Part shown: positions 61,697 to 64,000 of the stretch, piece after piece
Layout of the letters: every line of letters begins with the position of its first letter
Position numbering within the stretch: the first letter of the stretch is position 1
Virus record (IMG/VR): IMGVR_UViG_3300046170_000378
Location: 1-64,000 of that record
DNA length: 64,000 nt
Direction: 5' to 3' (one strand)
Translations under genes and position numbers: made by a program
Notes under the pieces: generated by a model
Seen by the model: only the letters and a program-made list of their open reading frames with translations
The model's database searches: none
Told to the model about the DNA's origin: nothing

Positions 61697-63408
61697 ATGA
61701 AATTATCGAAAGTGGATTAGATTCTAATGTATTTGGAAAAGACTTTAAGTTTAGAAAAAACCAACGTGAAATTATTACAAAAATATGCGAAGCTTATCTA
61801 AAAGATCCGGATTCAACAGTTGTCATAGATGCGCCAACGGGCTCAGGCAAATCTCTTATCGCAATGTGGTCTTCATACGTTCTCAAAGAATTGGGGAATC
61901 GAGGTTATCTTGTCACAAGCGATCTTACATTGCAAGATCAATACGAGTCGGACTTCATGAGGCTCAAACTGAATTGGCCTTCAATTCGAGGTGTTGACAA
62001 TTATGAATGTTCTGTAAACGGCTTGCCGTTTTCATTAGGTGATTGTAAACTTAAAGGCTTAGGTTACGAGGCCGCTAAAGAATTATCTTGTTACAATTCG
62101 TGTGAGTATCTACAAAACAGATCGAGAGCAATTAATCAACCTGTCGCTTTACTAAATTACGCGTTTTGGTTAATTCAACGAAATTATGTAGATGCTAAAA
62201 TGAAATTAGATGATAGACCTATTCCATTTGAAAAAAGAGATTTTGTGTTTTTTGACGAAGCACATAAAATAGATGAAATTGTTCAAAACCATTTTAGTCC
62301 GAGAGTTGATCCTTCCTTAGTAGATAAAATCTTAGACGCAACTAAATTTTCAAATAAACAAGGATTTGGTAGTAGTGCATATACTAGAGGTAAATTAACA
62401 AGCCTAGTTAATGACATGATGAAAGGTGATAAGACAACTGTTTTTGAGGCTCTTCAGGAATTTGACGCTATTCTCAAAGTATATGGTAAAATTAAAAATG
62501 AAGGAAGTAAAGTAGCTAAATTAAGATATAAAAATCAAACACTTCCAAGAGATTGGCAAAAGGCATTCGGGCTATTCGATAGATTAAAAGACACTCACTG
62601 TAAAATAAACGATTATGTTGCATTGATAAAAACAGTAGGTGTTGATAAAATGGTACTGGATCAGAGAGAAGAAGAATCAACATTTAAATGTGTTGAAGAA
62701 GCTCTTATGATTAATAAGTATTTACATGAACAGTCTGGATTTAAAGTATTTATGAGTGCAACTATTGGTGATCCTAGATCTTTTGTAAAAATTATGGGAA
62801 TCAAGAACGCTCAGTTTATTAGATTAGACAATGCGTTCAATTATGATAAATCTCCAGTGGTTTTTATTAATAGGCACAAATTAACATATAGAGAGAAAGT
62901 TAAAAGTCTACCACATGTGGTTGCTATCTTAGATCAAATCATAGACAAGCATAAGGGTCAGCGTGGAATCATTCACACAGGATCATATGAGTTTACTAAT
63001 TATATTAAACAGAACACTAAGCATCCTTTTAGAATTATGGATTATGAAAATTCTAAAGAGAAGGCTGGGATGATTGATCTATTCAAGAAAAAAGAAAATG
63101 CTATATTAATGGGACCATCTCTGTTAGAAGGGTTAGATCTTAAAGACGATACTAGTAGATTTCAAATATTTTTTAAAGTACCTTATCCTAATTTAAACGA
63201 GCCTCTTATTAAAGCCAAATTAAATACATCTAATGAGTGGTATGATTGGAAAACTGGCATTAGTGTTATGCAAGGTGTAGGTAGATCTGTAAGAAGTGAA
63301 GATGATTGGGCTATTACATATATCCTGGACGCTAGCTTTAAAAACCTGATAAATAAGAAGGGATTCTTCCCTCCATCCTTTTTAGAAAGGCTTAAAACTA
63401 TAAAATAA
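61678..63408 (+). CDS. DinG/YoaA-like SF2 helicase
   Basis: DAPTGSGKS, FFDEAH, MSATI, SLLEGLDLK, KVPYP, QGVGRSVRSEDD. Confidence 0.85.
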   Translation: MLERGINEIIESGLDSNVFGKDFKFRKNQREIITKICEAYLKDPDSTVVIDAPTGSGKSLIAMWSSYVLKELGNRGYLVTSDLTLQDQYESDFMRLKLNWPSIRGVDNYECSVNGLPFSLGDCKLKGLGYEAAKELSCYNSCEYLQNRSRAINQPVALLNYAFWLIQRNYVDAKMKLDDRPIPFEKRDFVFFDEAHKIDEIVQNHFSPRVDPSLVDKILDATKFSNKQGFGSSAYTRGKLTSLVNDMMKGDKTTVFEALQEFDAILKVYGKIKNEGSKVAKLRYKNQTLPRDWQKAFGLFDRLKDTHCKINDYVALIKTVGVDKMVLDQREEESTFKCVEEALMINKYLHEQSGFKVFMSATIGDPRSFVKIMGIKNAQFIRLDNAFNYDKSPVVFINRHKLTYREKVKSLPHVVAILDQIIDKHKGQRGIIHTGSYEFTNYIKQNTKHPFRIMDYENSKEKAGMIDLFKKKENAILMGPSLLEGLDLKDDTSRFQIFFKVPYPNLNEPLIKAKLNTSNEWYDWKTGISVMQGVGRSVRSEDDWAITYILDASFKNLINKKGFFPPSFLERLKTIK

Positions 63409-63989
63409 TGGCATACACATCAATAATTATTGACGACTTTTATGAAAACCCAGATGATGTTAGAGAATTTGCACTAACTCAAGAATATAATGTTAGTGGC
63501 AATTTTCCTGGTAATAGGACGATTCCATTTTTAAACGAAAGCACAGCCGGACACATTGCTGAACACATCGAGCCATATCATGGTAAAATATCATGGGTTA
63601 CAGAAGAATATACGGGTGCTTTTCAATACACAACACAAGAAGATAGAAGTTGGATCCATGCTGATGAAAATAATCATTGGGCTGGAGTTTTATATTTAAC
63701 ACCTAACGCACCTCTTTCTGGTGGAACTGGAATTTTTAAACATAAGGCAACCAACACGTATAAAATACCAAGACTGCCGTCAGGTGAAATAAACGAACCA
63801 ATGATGGAATTAATTTATCAAGACTCAAGGGATATGACAAAATGGGAAATGGTAGATTTTATTGGTAATAAGTATAATAGATTAGTCATTTATCAAGGTG
63901 ATCTTTTTCATTCTTCACTTGACTATTTTGGAACAGATATTAACAATGGAAGATTGTTTCAAACATTCTTTTTTGACACAGAAAAATAA
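63408..63989 (+). CDS. DUF6445-like 2OG-Fe(II) oxygenase
   Basis: IIIDDFYENPD.VR, WIHAD...WAGVLYLTP..P..GGT, NRLVIY.GDLFHS, RLFQTFFF. Confidence 0.75.
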   Translation: MAYTSIIIDDFYENPDDVREFALTQEYNVSGNFPGNRTIPFLNESTAGHIAEHIEPYHGKISWVTEEYTGAFQYTTQEDRSWIHADENNHWAGVLYLTPNAPLSGGTGIFKHKATNTYKIPRLPSGEINEPMMELIYQDSRDMTKWEMVDFIGNKYNRLVIYQGDLFHSSLDYFGTDINNGRLFQTFFFDTEK

Positions 63990-64000
63990 ACAATATGGGA

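Noticed and set aside
143-63989. Stop-codon reassignment (alternative genetic code)
   Set aside because: Fragments continue in a different frame rather than through an in-frame TAG/TGA, and long genes such as 26814-31802 are open in the standard code.

Overview
The window looks like part of a large tailed-phage genome, probably infecting Bacteroidetes/Flavobacteria: ClpP, MgsA, LOG and bS21 look Flavobacterium-like, and start codons have A-rich leaders with no Shine-Dalgarno site. All family assignments come from motif recognition and recall, not database searches. Layout: (i) 1-5.3 kb, leftward small genes, most with their own copy of a repeated promoter, plus a candidate small RNA; (ii) 5.3-6.6 kb, a GC-rich, apparently non-coding divergence zone; (iii) 6.7-16 kb, metabolic and proteostasis genes (mgsA, cysK, thyA, LOG, clpC, a dCMP-hydroxymethylase-like TS paralog, clpP); (iv) 16-41.4 kb, structural and fibre genes with four Gly-X-Y collagen-like proteins, flanked by glycosyltransferases and 2OG-Fe(II) oxygenases; (v) 41.8-64 kb, ATP-grasp enzymes, Hsp20, DnaJ, bS21, PhoH, RNase HII, UvsE, a family of proteins with a T4-like capsid-targeting N-terminus (including a 1.3-kaa apparent polyprotein), dCMP deaminase and a helicase. 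The top candidate system is a phage-encoded collagen-maturation pathway: a fused COLGALT-like GT25/PLOD-like lysyl hydroxylase lies in the gene cluster directly after Lys-rich collagen fibres and shares their late-type promoter motif. Many genes are split by +1 single-base insertions, most likely sequencing errors.
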